From contig JAQTYF010000001.1 of the NCBI GenBank assembly GCA_028688415.1, forward strand, positions 530,627 through 575,894: DNA of 45,268 nucleotides. The letters run 5' to 3'. Below, piece by piece: positions 9,453 through 17,983 of the stretch; the stretch's first letter is position 1; every line of letters starts with the position of its first letter. The DNA comes from Candidatus Moraniibacteriota bacterium (GTDB lineage Bacteria; Patescibacteriota; Minisyncoccia; Moranbacterales; UBA1568). The notes under the pieces are model-generated. The model was not told the DNA's origin and did not search any database. It was given only the letters and a program-made list of their open reading frames with translations. The translations under genes were made by a program, and so were the position numbers.

Positions 9453-12071
9453 ATGGAAGAAAAACAGATCTCTACAGCATACAATGCAAACGAATGGGAA
9501 AATAACCTCTACGCCCTCTGGGAAGAGAGTGGTTTTTTTCGGCCTGAGACCGATCAGCCTTTGACTGACAATCCTCATGCAGAGGAACGCTACTGCAATA
9601 TCCTTCCGCCACCCAATGCCAATGGAGAACTTCATCTCGGTCATGCTTCTGGTTATACCATCATGGACATTTTCGGACGTTTCGAGCGGATGAAAGGAAA
9701 AAGGGTATTACTTCTTCCAGGAAAAGATCATGCGGGTATCCAAACACAAGTCGTCTTCGAAAAAAAATTGAAGAACGAACAAAATATCACTCGCTATGAT
9801 CTCGGCCGAGAAAAATTTTATGAGGCTACCTATGATTTCTGTATTGATCGAGCAGACTATATGCGTTCTCAAGAAAAACGCATCGGCCTTTCTGCTGATT
9901 GGGAACGAGAAACATTTACTCTTGATAAAGAAGTATCCAAGCGAGCCACAGAAACATTCGTCCAAATGTATAATGATGGGATGATTTATCGCGGAGAACG
10001 CATCATCAATTGGTGTACTCGTTGTGCAACAGCACTCTCTGATGTCGAAGTCATCCACAAAGACATACCAGGAAAATTGTATTCTCTTAAATATCCCCTG
10101 AAAGATTCAAAGGAATATATTGTCGTCGCTACTACACGTCCAGAAACGATGCTCGGTGACACAGCTATTGCTGTCCATCCAGATGATACACGCTATAGTA
10201 CATTCGTAGGAAAAACTGTCCTCCTTCCTTTGGTAAATCGTGAGATTCCTATCGTTGCAAGTGCTCGTATTGATAAAGATTTTGGCACAGGCGCAGTAAA
10301 AATAACTCCTGCTCACGATCCTCTCGACTGGGAAATTGGTAAGGATCATTCACTAGACGTCTTGCAAGTCATCGATGAGAAAGCAACTATAACCAGTATT
10401 GGCGGAATATACGCTGGGCTCTCAGTAACAGAAGCACGTGTAAAAATTCTCTCAGACCTCAATGATCTTCATCTCCTCGAAGGTGAGCAAGACCATACTA
10501 TCAGTCTCTCTCAATGCGAACGTTGTAAGACATCTATTGAACCGCTCGTTTCCAAACAATGGTTTATCAATGTTGATGCTCCAAAGTATTCACTCAAGAA
10601 AGAATCTATCAAAGCGCTCAAAAGTAATACTATTGTTTTCCACCCAGAAAACATGAAGGATCAAATGATACATTGGCTCGAGAATCTCCATGACTGGTGT
10701 ATCTCTCGTCAACTCTGGTGGGGACATCGCATACCCGTCTGGTACAGGGGCACCGAGATATATTGTGGTGTGACTGCTCCGACAGAAGCAGGTTGGGAAC
10801 AAGATCCTGATACGCTCGATACATGGTTTTCATCAGGACAGTGGCCATATACGACACTCGGATATCCAGATACTCCTGATGCTACAAAATTTTATCCTAC
10901 CGATCTCATGGTAATGGGTCGCGATCTCCTCTTTTTCTGGGCAACAAGAATGGTAATGTTTGGTTTTTACAAAACACAGACCGCCCCATTCAAGCACCTC
11001 TACTTTACAGGGCTTGTTCGTGACAAAGAAGGTCAAAAAATGTCAAAATCTAAAGGTAATGGTGTTGATGTTCTCGAAATGATCGACCGTTTTGGCGCTG
11101 ACGCTGTTCGTCTCAGTCTCACTCTGGGGGCGACACCAGGACTTGATTTTCGTCTCTATGAAGAAAAAATAGCTACCTATCGAAATTTTGCCAACAAACT
11201 CTGGAATATTGGTCGCTACATAACGAGTACTCGTGACCACAATGAAAGAGCGGACACTGACAATTCAGAAGCAAAAACTGATGCAGATCGATGGATTCTC
11301 GGACGGCTCAATACGATTGTCGGAGAAGTCACATCTCTTCTGGAAAATTATCAACTCTCCCTCGCAGGAGAAAAATTGCGTGATTTTACATGGAACGAAT
11401 TTGCTGACTGGTACGTCGAGATTCATAAAATAGAAAAGAATGATGTCGTGCTTCTGTTCGTTTTTGAAACACTTTTGAAACTCTGGCATCCATTCATTCC
11501 TTATGTTACCGAAGCTATACATCAAACTTTTCATCCACAAGGAAAGACTTTTTTGATGGTTTCTCATTGGCCAACACCGGGTGAAAAATCTCACGAACCT
11601 GCAGATGGAAACACATTTGAGCTCGTGAAAAATCTCATTGTCGCTATCCGTAACACTCGCGCTACCTATCATATAGAGCCAGCGAAGAAAATAACTGTGA
11701 GCGTCAATGATACTTCAGAAAACATTATTCGTACCAATGAAGAAATGTTCAAACGACTCGCTCGTATAGAGGCTGTACAAAAAGCTGATGGAGAAAGTAC
11801 AAAAAATACTATCCTTGTTCAGTCGGGACCACTCCAGATATTCCTTCATCTCGATGGGATTATCGATATCACCAAAGAACGTGGGCGTTTCGAAAAAGAA
11901 AAATCCGAAAAAGAGAGATATGCATCTTCAATCGAAGCAAAATTGAACAATCAAAATTTCGTCAGTCATGCCAAGCCAGAAATCGTCGAAATTGAACGCA
12001 CGAAACTTGATGCAGTACAAAAAGAACTCGTTGAGATAGAACAACATCTCGCGTCCCTTCATTCCAATTAA
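9453..12071 (+). CDS. valS: Valine--tRNA ligase
   Basis: 872 aa with HIGH-type motif PNANGELHLGHA and KMSKSKGN, plus a C-terminal coiled coil. Confidence 0.95.
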   Translation: MEEKQISTAYNANEWENNLYALWEESGFFRPETDQPLTDNPHAEERYCNILPPPNANGELHLGHASGYTIMDIFGRFERMKGKRVLLLPGKDHAGIQTQVVFEKKLKNEQNITRYDLGREKFYEATYDFCIDRADYMRSQEKRIGLSADWERETFTLDKEVSKRATETFVQMYNDGMIYRGERIINWCTRCATALSDVEVIHKDIPGKLYSLKYPLKDSKEYIVVATTRPETMLGDTAIAVHPDDTRYSTFVGKTVLLPLVNREIPIVASARIDKDFGTGAVKITPAHDPLDWEIGKDHSLDVLQVIDEKATITSIGGIYAGLSVTEARVKILSDLNDLHLLEGEQDHTISLSQCERCKTSIEPLVSKQWFINVDAPKYSLKKESIKALKSNTIVFHPENMKDQMIHWLENLHDWCISRQLWWGHRIPVWYRGTEIYCGVTAPTEAGWEQDPDTLDTWFSSGQWPYTTLGYPDTPDATKFYPTDLMVMGRDLLFFWATRMVMFGFYKTQTAPFKHLYFTGLVRDKEGQKMSKSKGNGVDVLEMIDRFGADAVRLSLTLGATPGLDFRLYEEKIATYRNFANKLWNIGRYITSTRDHNERADTDNSEAKTDADRWILGRLNTIVGEVTSLLENYQLSLAGEKLRDFTWNEFADWYVEIHKIEKNDVVLLFVFETLLKLWHPFIPYVTEAIHQTFHPQGKTFLMVSHWPTPGEKSHEPADGNTFELVKNLIVAIRNTRATYHIEPAKKITVSVNDTSENIIRTNEEMFKRLARIEAVQKADGESTKNTILVQSGPLQIFLHLDGIIDITKERGRFEKEKSEKERYASSIEAKLNNQNFVSHAKPEIVEIERTKLDAVQKELVEIEQHLASLHSN

Positions 12072-12072
12072 T

Positions 12073-12567
12073 ATGCCTTTCATTCTTCTTATTTTTTTTG
12101 GCATTTTTGCTTCAGTCTGCGCCCTCATTCTTGAATTTTTTACACTGAGTATCTTCTCATCATTCTTGTTTCTCGAAACTGTTTTTTCTCTCAAAACATT
12201 TCTTTTCTTTCTCGTACTCGCTATCATTGAAGAAATATCAAAATACATTTTCCTCTTTCAATATAAGAAACGTACCTCTTTCGAGCATATTTCATTCTTC
12301 CGACTCATTTCTTATTCAGTATTCTTTGGAACAGGTTTTTCTCTTGTTGAATATATCCTTTCTCTTCCTTCTCTTTCTTTCATTTCCCCTATCCCTCTTG
12401 CATTTTTCCCGACATTCCTCCTCCATACCAGTCTGACTTTCTGTTTCATTTTTTTTCTCTCACGTTTTCATTCACAAGGGAAAACACTCACAAAAACGTC
12501 ATTTTCTGTTCTTTTCGGTACCATTATCATTCATTTTCTCTACAATGTTTTTGTCTTTCTCCATTGA
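12073..12567 (+). CDS. PrsW-like intramembrane protease family protein (short)
   Basis: Polytopic, with EExxK (IIEEISK), a conserved Glu (SLVEY) and HxxxN (HFLYN). Starts 1 nt after the valS stop. Confidence 0.5.
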   Translation: MPFILLIFFGIFASVCALILEFFTLSIFSSFLFLETVFSLKTFLFFLVLAIIEEISKYIFLFQYKKRTSFEHISFFRLISYSVFFGTGFSLVEYILSLPSLSFISPIPLAFFPTFLLHTSLTFCFIFFLSRFHSQGKTLTKTSFSVLFGTIIIHFLYNVFVFLH

Positions 12568-12663
12568 AATCCTCTGTTCTTCTTCAAACATTCTTTCTTG
12601 CAGATATTGGAGAAATCCTCTATACTGGAGATAATACTATTAAACTTTTTAAAGTTATTCTTT

Positions 12664-13200
12664 ATGACAAAACAAAAAAGTTCTTTCTTCGAAAGACTGA
12701 CTGGTGCAAAAAATATACAGGGTGATGAATATGGTGAACCACTTCCTGTATACACCGAAGAAAGGGAAGAAATTATTACCATGAGAGAGCCTTCTCCCGC
12801 TTTTGCTATACGCAACGAAGAATCATGGGAGCCTACCACACGTGAAGAAGTAGGCGAAAATGATAATGCTGAAGGACAACTCACTATCGATGTCTATCAG
12901 ACCGAAAACGATATCGTCATCAAATCTACTATCGCCGGTGTCAAACCAGAAGACCTCGATGTTTCTATCAATAATGATATGGTGACCATCAAAGGTGAGC
13001 GTAAAAATGAAGAAGATGTAGAAAATGGAAACTATTATTACCAGGAATGTTATTGGGGATCATTTTCTCGTTCTGTATTATTGCCTGTTGATGTCCTTCC
13101 AGAAAAAGTCGATGCCGCACTCAAAAATGGCATCCTCACCATTCGCTTACCAAAAGCCGATACGACAAAAACTAAAAAAATTCAAGTACGGGGTTTCTAA
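12664..13200 (+). CDS. Hsp20/alpha-crystallin family small heat-shock protein
   Basis: Alpha-crystallin domain (LTIDVYQTENDIVIKSTIAGV...GILTIRLPK). ATG at 12664 is preferred. A TTGCAG-17-TATACT promoter lies upstream. Confidence 0.85.
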   Translation: MTKQKSSFFERLTGAKNIQGDEYGEPLPVYTEEREEIITMREPSPAFAIRNEESWEPTTREEVGENDNAEGQLTIDVYQTENDIVIKSTIAGVKPEDLDVSINNDMVTIKGERKNEEDVENGNYYYQECYWGSFSRSVLLPVDVLPEKVDAALKNGILTIRLPKADTTKTKKIQVRGF

Positions 13201-13209
13201 TCCATTCGT

Positions 13210-14559
13210 ATGGATGGAGTACGTTTTTCCACGACTGATTCCATCCTCTTGGGATCAGTTTTGTTTTTTATGCAAATATATATCTACCCCATCTCCTCTA
13301 TTCCTTTCCGAAAGACACTTTCTGTCGTCTTGTTTTCTGGTATGATATTCTTCGCACCACAACAAGTATCAGCAATCACTCCTGATACGCTTACTGTACA
13401 GGCTGCTGATTATTCTGAAACAATCGACGCGTCCGCTCTCACAGCACTTCTCCATCTCGAGACACATCTCACCTATTTCCCTTCGTATACATCTGAGATA
13501 GAAGACACATCCTTCTGTCCTACCGAAGATTTCTTTTGTCAGTTTTCTCTCTCTCGTGCATTTTCTCACCATCTCAAGACAGAAACTACTTATACTCCTG
13601 ATACCGAAGCTTTGAAGAGATTTATCGCCCATCTGAGAGAAAAAGTAAATCAGGATCCTGTTGATGTGCGATTCACTGTCTCTGATGGACAAGTCATCGT
13701 AGCTGAATCAGAACGTACTGGACGACATTTGAATGAAGAAAAAAGTCTCATTCTTCTAAGAAACGCTCTCCAAAATACAACGAAAAAATCTGTCACAGTA
13801 ACACTCGAGACTACTATCACGGAACCCAAACTCGTCGCTACTGATCGTGAACGACTTGGACTCAAAGAACTGGTAGGAGAAGGAACAACCAATTTTTCAG
13901 GGTCTACCAAAAATCGTATTTATAATATCAAACGTGCGCTCGAACAATTCCAGAATATCGTTATCGCACCGAACGAAGAGTTTTCTTTTATCAAATATCT
14001 CGGTGAAGTCGACGGTGAACATGGATATCTCCCAGAGCTCGTTATCAAAAACAATCAAACGACACCAGAATTTGGTGGTGGCATCTGTCAGGTATCAAGT
14101 ACTGTTTTCCGTACCGCCATCTACAGCGGTATGAAAATAACCGCTCGTCGCAATCACGCCTATCCCGTACACTATTATGCTCCCTACGGTATGGATGCTA
14201 CTGTCTATATTCCCAAACCAGATCTGACTTTCGTCAACAATACGCCTGGTGCCATACTCGTTCAATCTTCCATCGAAGGAACGAAACTCACCTTTCGTTT
14301 CTATGGTACCAATGATAAGAGAAACGTTGTAGTTGACGGTCCTCATATCCTTGAGCACAATCCTGACGGAAGCATGAAAACCGTTTTTACCCAAGAAGTA
14401 AATACTGCTGAAGGAGAGAATTTTATTCGTGATAGTTTTTGGAGCAATTACAAATCTCCAAGTCTCTATCCTTTGCCAGGACAAGAACAGGTGCTTGTTA
14501 CCAAGCCAAATGGATGGTCAGAGAGAGAATGGACAGCCTACAAGAAAATACATCCTTAA
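13210..14559 (+). CDS. VanW family protein
   Basis: VanW core FSFIKYLGEV..GGGICQVSSTVFRTAIYSGMKITARRNHAYPVHYY. N-terminal signal/anchor; the start is uncertain (13210 or 13270). Confidence 0.8.
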   Translation: MDGVRFSTTDSILLGSVLFFMQIYIYPISSIPFRKTLSVVLFSGMIFFAPQQVSAITPDTLTVQAADYSETIDASALTALLHLETHLTYFPSYTSEIEDTSFCPTEDFFCQFSLSRAFSHHLKTETTYTPDTEALKRFIAHLREKVNQDPVDVRFTVSDGQVIVAESERTGRHLNEEKSLILLRNALQNTTKKSVTVTLETTITEPKLVATDRERLGLKELVGEGTTNFSGSTKNRIYNIKRALEQFQNIVIAPNEEFSFIKYLGEVDGEHGYLPELVIKNNQTTPEFGGGICQVSSTVFRTAIYSGMKITARRNHAYPVHYYAPYGMDATVYIPKPDLTFVNNTPGAILVQSSIEGTKLTFRFYGTNDKRNVVVDGPHILEHNPDGSMKTVFTQEVNTAEGENFIRDSFWSNYKSPSLYPLPGQEQVLVTKPNGWSEREWTAYKKIHP

Positions 14560-14583
14560 ATAACTTTTAACCATTCTTTTTCA

Positions 14584-14612
14584 TTGACGAGCCTCCCATA
14601 TTCTGATACGAT
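14584..14612 (+). promoter_or_regulatory. Candidate sigma-70 promoter of the tRNA cluster
   Basis: TTGACG-17 nt-TACGAT, about 40 nt upstream of tRNA-Lys. Confidence 0.4.
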
Positions 14613-14654
14613 GGCAATGCGTTTCTTTTTATCATAAACGCTTTTTGTTTCGTT

Positions 14655-14727
14655 GGGCGCATAGCTCAGTTGGTAGAGCAGTGGCCTCTTAAGCCAACGG
14701 TCGCAGGTTCGATCCCTGCTGCGCCCA
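14655..14727 (+). tRNA. tRNA-Lys (anticodon CUU)
   Basis: Cloverleaf: acceptor GGGCGCA/TGCGCCC, anticodon loop CTCTTAA, T arm GCAGG-TTCGATC-CCTGC. Confidence 0.9.
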
Positions 14728-14760
14728 CACAAAGAGACAAGTGTCGTGTTCCCGGGCCTC

Positions 14761-14833
14761 GCTCCGGTAGCTCAGTGGATAGAGCAGTAGCCTTCTAAGC
14801 TATTGGTCGCTGGTTCGATTCCAGCCCGGAGCA
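14761..14833 (+). tRNA. tRNA-Arg (anticodon UCU)
   Basis: Acceptor GCTCCGG/CCGGAGC, anticodon arm GTAGC-CTTCTAA-GCTAT, T arm GCTGG-TTCGATT-CCAGC. Confidence 0.9.
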
Positions 14834-14861
14834 CACAATTACATCAAAAAATGAATAAAGG

Positions 14862-14909
14862 GGTGGCCATCGTTCAATGGCAGGTCCGCCAGTTGGCGGA
14901 TTGTGGTAC
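14862..14909 (+). pseudogene. Partial 5' pseudo-copy of tRNA-His with a palindromic hairpin insert
   Basis: 14847-14884 matches 14918-14955 apart from one position in the 5' flank (a14851 versus g14922); this covers the 5' flank, acceptor 5' strand and D arm. TCCGCCAGTTGGCGGA then replaces ACAATGGT, TTGTGGTAC follows (matching 14964-14972), and no 3' half is present. Confidence 0.8.
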
Positions 14910-14932
14910 AAAATTTAAAAAGTGAATAAAGG

Positions 14933-15004
14933 GGTGGCCATCGTTCAATGGCAGGACAATGGTTTGTGGTACCATGAATCAGGGTTCGATTCCCTGTGGC
15001 CACC
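14933..15004 (+). tRNA. tRNA-His (anticodon GUG) with encoded G-1
   Basis: G-1 pairs with C73. Acceptor GTGGCCA/TGGCCAC, anticodon arm ATGGT-TTGTGGT-ACCAT, T arm CAGGG-TTCGATT-CCCTG. Confidence 0.85.
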
Positions 15005-15079
15005 CCTTTGAACACTTTTTAACAAATTCTCGGATCAGGGTTCCTTGTGTTCCATAGACCTTTTTTCTTTTCTTATCCA

Positions 15080-15109
15080 CTCCCATTTTTGGGAGTTTTT
15101 TGTTTTTTT
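15080..15109 (+). terminator. Intrinsic terminator of the tRNA cluster
   Basis: CTCCC-loop-GGGAG followed by TTTTTTGTTTTTTT. Confidence 0.6.
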
Positions 15110-15171
15110 CGAGCATCTTTTCTCGTCCAAAAACACTCCTTTCTTCTCTCTGTAGAGCTTTTTTCCATGTA

Positions 15172-15200
15172 TTGACAAAACACATAAAATGTGCTATTAT
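15172..15200 (+). promoter_or_regulatory. Sigma-70 promoter upstream of pilT
   Basis: TTGACA-17 nt-TATTAT with an extended -10 TGc. Confidence 0.6.
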
Positions 15201-15238
15201 AAACGGTTGCATTGATCTGATTTTTTATTTCTCAATCT

Positions 15239-16411
15239 ATGTACACTTCTCTTCAGACATCTCCAGTAAATACACAAACTCTTGATCAAGCAGTTGATAC
15301 GCTTCTTTCACGTATCGAAAAATCAGAAGAGGAAACCCCTACTCTTCAAATATTTGATCAAACAGCCTTTGAAGCGGTGCTTCTCCTGGCACAACAGGAA
15401 AATGCTTCTGATATTCATTTTTCTGGAAATAACCGTATAGCAATTCGAGTCAACGGATCTCTCGTTTTCTTGAATTATGATACGATTGATCCAAAAATAG
15501 CAGAAGAAATCATTCTTAGCCTCATATCAGATACTGCCGTTCGTGATCAATTTCTTCTTGAAAAAGAACACGACTTCTGCTTTACACACAAAAATGGAGT
15601 GAGTTACCGTTGTAATGCATACTATAAAAATGGGTATCCTTCGATTTCTATGCGTTGTATCAGTGGCAATGTGCCATCACTTGATCAGATCGGAGCACCT
15701 CAAAAGATAAAAAGTCTCATTCAGAAAAAACAAGGACTCATATTCATCTGTGGTCCTACTGGCCAAGGAAAGACAACAACGATGGCTGCGATGATAAACG
15801 AGATGAACAAGACACGAAGTGAGCATATACTGACACTCGAAGATCCTATTGAATATGTTTTCGAGAGTGAGAAATGTATGATCTCTCAACGTGAATTACA
15901 TACCGATACTCTCTCATTCGACAAATCTCTCCGAGCAGCGATGCGACAAGATCCAGACATCATCGTCATCGGTGAAGTACGTGATCGAGAAACCGCGGAA
16001 GCAGTATTCAAACTCGTAGCTACGGGCCACCTCGTCATCAGTACGGTTCACTCTACGAACACTGCTCAGACACTTTATCGTATCGTCCGCATGTTCACAC
16101 CAGGAGAACGAGACCTCGTATTGTCTCAAATGGCAGATTCTCTGCTTGGTATATTGAATCAGCGTCTCATCCCGACAATCGATGGTAATCGCACGGCAAT
16201 ATTCGAACTCCTCCTTGCGAACTGGGCTTCACGCAATGCTATTCGCAATGGAGATATAGCACAACTCGAAAATACTATTGCCTCATCTGCCGATGAAGGA
16301 ATGCTCACTTTCGAACAATCGCTCTCAGCACTCATTCGAGAAGGAAAAGTCAATTATTCTGATATTGCTTCTTCTCTCGAATTTGAACCGCATACTCACG
16401 TTTCTCTCTAA
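15239..16411 (+). CDS. pilT: Type IV pilus twitching-motility ATPase PilT family
   Basis: Walker A GPTGQGKTTT, EDPIEY, Walker B DPDIIVIGEVRD, His box STVHS. Confidence 0.85.
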   Translation: MYTSLQTSPVNTQTLDQAVDTLLSRIEKSEEETPTLQIFDQTAFEAVLLLAQQENASDIHFSGNNRIAIRVNGSLVFLNYDTIDPKIAEEIILSLISDTAVRDQFLLEKEHDFCFTHKNGVSYRCNAYYKNGYPSISMRCISGNVPSLDQIGAPQKIKSLIQKKQGLIFICGPTGQGKTTTMAAMINEMNKTRSEHILTLEDPIEYVFESEKCMISQRELHTDTLSFDKSLRAAMRQDPDIIVIGEVRDRETAEAVFKLVATGHLVISTVHSTNTAQTLYRIVRMFTPGERDLVLSQMADSLLGILNQRLIPTIDGNRTAIFELLLANWASRNAIRNGDIAQLENTIASSADEGMLTFEQSLSALIREGKVNYSDIASSLEFEPHTHVSL

Positions 16412-16426
16412 AAGAGAAATAATAAA

Positions 16427-16459
16427 ATACCACACTCCTTTCCGGGTGTGGTATTTTTG
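16427..16459. terminator. Bidirectional terminator between pilT and the SIMPL gene
   Basis: 9-bp stem ATACCACAC/GTGTGGTAT with an A-run before and a T-run after. Confidence 0.65.
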
Positions 16460-16482
16460 TAACGATGATTCCCTCAACAAAA

Positions 16483-17253
16483 CTATTGCACAATCTCGTA
16501 TGTCAGATTGACATGTACCGTATCAGATTGTGTACCTGGTTCGATAATCGGTGATGCAAAAGACTTTGCTTCCATCACACCATTTCCTCCTGCACCATAA
16601 CGAGGAGTATCAAGAGGAGAAGTGGGTATATCCTCATAAAGAGAAACAAGTTTCCCGACACGGAAATCGCCTGCGAGAGCAGTATCCTTGGCTTTTTTCT
16701 GAGCCTTTTTGATAGCTTCTGTACGAGCCACTTGACGTGCCTCAGTAGTATCGTCCACCGTAAAACTCACACCAGAAACAGTATTAGCACCACTACCGAC
16801 GACACCAGACAAAATATCTCCCAAGGATTCAAAGTCTCGCACCTTGATATCAAGTGACTGTGTCAGAGTATATCCAACAATCATCGGTGGAGGACAGATA
16901 TTTTTTCCGTTGCAATCAGCATAGCTATAGCGAGGATTGAGAGTATACTGACTCGTCTGCAAATCTTTTTTCTCTACACCTCGCTCTCCGAGAAACGTGT
17001 TGATCGTGTTCATTTTCTCTGTATTCTGTTTTTGAATAGCAGCAATATTTTTGTCACCCTCAGTGACAACACTCACGGTAAACGTTGCAATATCATTCGC
17101 TGTTTCCATCTTTGCTTCACCGTCGACAGAAAAAGTCTTGGTTGGGAATGTCTGATCAACTGATCGAGCATACTGATAGACATACGCTACTGCCGAAAAT
17201 GCAATTACGAGAAAGGCGATATTCTTTGCTTGTTTGATAAAATCTTCTGACAT
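16483..17253 (-). CDS. SIMPL domain (DUF541) protein, membrane anchored
   Basis: The ATG at 17253 gives MSEDFIKQAKNIAFLVIAF... The 295-aa track version runs into the tRNA-derived repeats. The rest resembles the SIMPL/26-kDa periplasmic protein family. Confidence 0.7.
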   Translation of the reverse strand: MSEDFIKQAKNIAFLVIAFSAVAYVYQYARSVDQTFPTKTFSVDGEAKMETANDIATFTVSVVTEGDKNIAAIQKQNTEKMNTINTFLGERGVEKKDLQTSQYTLNPRYSYADCNGKNICPPPMIVGYTLTQSLDIKVRDFESLGDILSGVVGSGANTVSGVSFTVDDTTEARQVARTEAIKKAQKKAKDTALAGDFRVGKLVSLYEDIPTSPLDTPRYGAGGNGVMEAKSFASPIIEPGTQSDTVHVNLTYEIVQ

Positions 17254-17302
17254 AAGAAAATAATTACGGATATAGATGAAGTATATCATATATCTGCAAA
17301 CG

Positions 17303-17325
17303 AAAAAACCACTCGAAGTGGTTTT
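17303..17325 (-). terminator. Intrinsic terminator ending the tRNA-Arg transcription unit
   Basis: On the minus strand, AACCACT-TCG-AGTGGTT followed by UUUUUU. Confidence 0.6.
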
Positions 17326-17330
17326 AAACT

Positions 17331-17754
17331 GTTCATTTGTGCGCTCGGCCCGCTTCGACCGATATCTCATCGAGGCGAGAGGGGATCTCCTTCGACTAAA
17401 CTTTTGAGGAGAATGGAATCGGTCACAGATAACTTATTCGCCGACGCTCATAAATTTCCGCGACCCCAGCTCGTGGTTTCGTGTACTCACGAAACATCAC
17501 TCCGCTTTTCTCTCCCCTACGCAAGCCAAGCAGTTGGCTTGCTCCGAGCGACTATTCACTTTGTTCATTTGTGCGCTCGGAGGGGATCTCCTTCGACTAA
17601 ACTTTTGTCGACACAAAAGTTTGTCTAGGCACCGTCTCACGATTTTGTCTGCTGACAAAATATCGTTCTGACGTTCGATCCCCTACGCAAGCCAAGCAGT
17701 TGGCTTGCTCCGAGCGACTATTCACTTTGTTCATTTGTGCGCTCGGAGGGGATC
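17331..17754 (-). repeat. Array of repeated and inverted copies of the tRNA-Arg 3' end plus flank
   Basis: Perfect 75-bp direct repeat at 17514-17588 and 17680-17754; the latter overlaps the last 17 nt of the tRNA. A third partial copy at 17331-17406 is split by a 31-nt hairpin (17349-17379). Confidence 0.85.
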
Positions 17755-17811
17755 GAACCCCCGACCCTCTGGTTCGAAGCCAGATGCTCTAATCCACTGA
17801 GCTACGAGCGC
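17738..17811 (-). tRNA. tRNA-Arg (anticodon UCG)
   Basis: Minus strand GCGCTCG TA GCTC..GAGC A TCTGG-CTTCGAA-CCAGA GGGTC GGGGG-TTCGATC-CCCTC CGAGCGC A. Confidence 0.9.
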
Positions 17812-17856
17812 ATATAATTCATACTTTAATTGTCCCGAGAGACTCCTTCTTCCATC

Positions 17857-17909
17857 CTCTCATCCACTGATCCGTCTTCGCCAGCTGGCGGATGGAACGG
17901 AACAAGCGC
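17857..17909 (-). pseudogene. Partial 5' pseudo-copy of tRNA-Arg interrupted by a palindromic hairpin
   Basis: Minus strand tatatGCGCT + 34-nt insert (contains CGCCAGCTGGCG) + TCAGTGGATGAGAG, compared with the real gene tatatGCGCTCGTAGCTCAGTGGATTAGAG. Confidence 0.65.
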
Positions 17910-17983
17910 ATATAGGAGAGAATACAAGAGTAACCGTACCGCAAAAAGGATACAAAGTCAATCAAATAAAAAATACTCTCTTT

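Noticed and set aside
15006-15050. Possible extra degenerate copy of the tRNA-His T arm (ATCAGGGTTCC at about 15033)
   Set aside because: Only about 10 nt match, which is too short to distinguish from chance.
17254-17628. N-terminal extension of the SIMPL ORF (to 17370) and ORF 17404-17628
   Set aside because: Both read through the tRNA-Arg-derived repeat array. The SIMPL gene has a sensible ATG at 17253 followed directly by its TM anchor.
17331-17754. Possible CRISPR array (three repeats with intervening sequence)
   Set aside because: The repeat is the 3' end of the adjacent tRNA plus its flank. There are only three copies, spacing is irregular (about 166 and 240 nt), the intervening sequences contain further inverted copies, and no cas genes are present.
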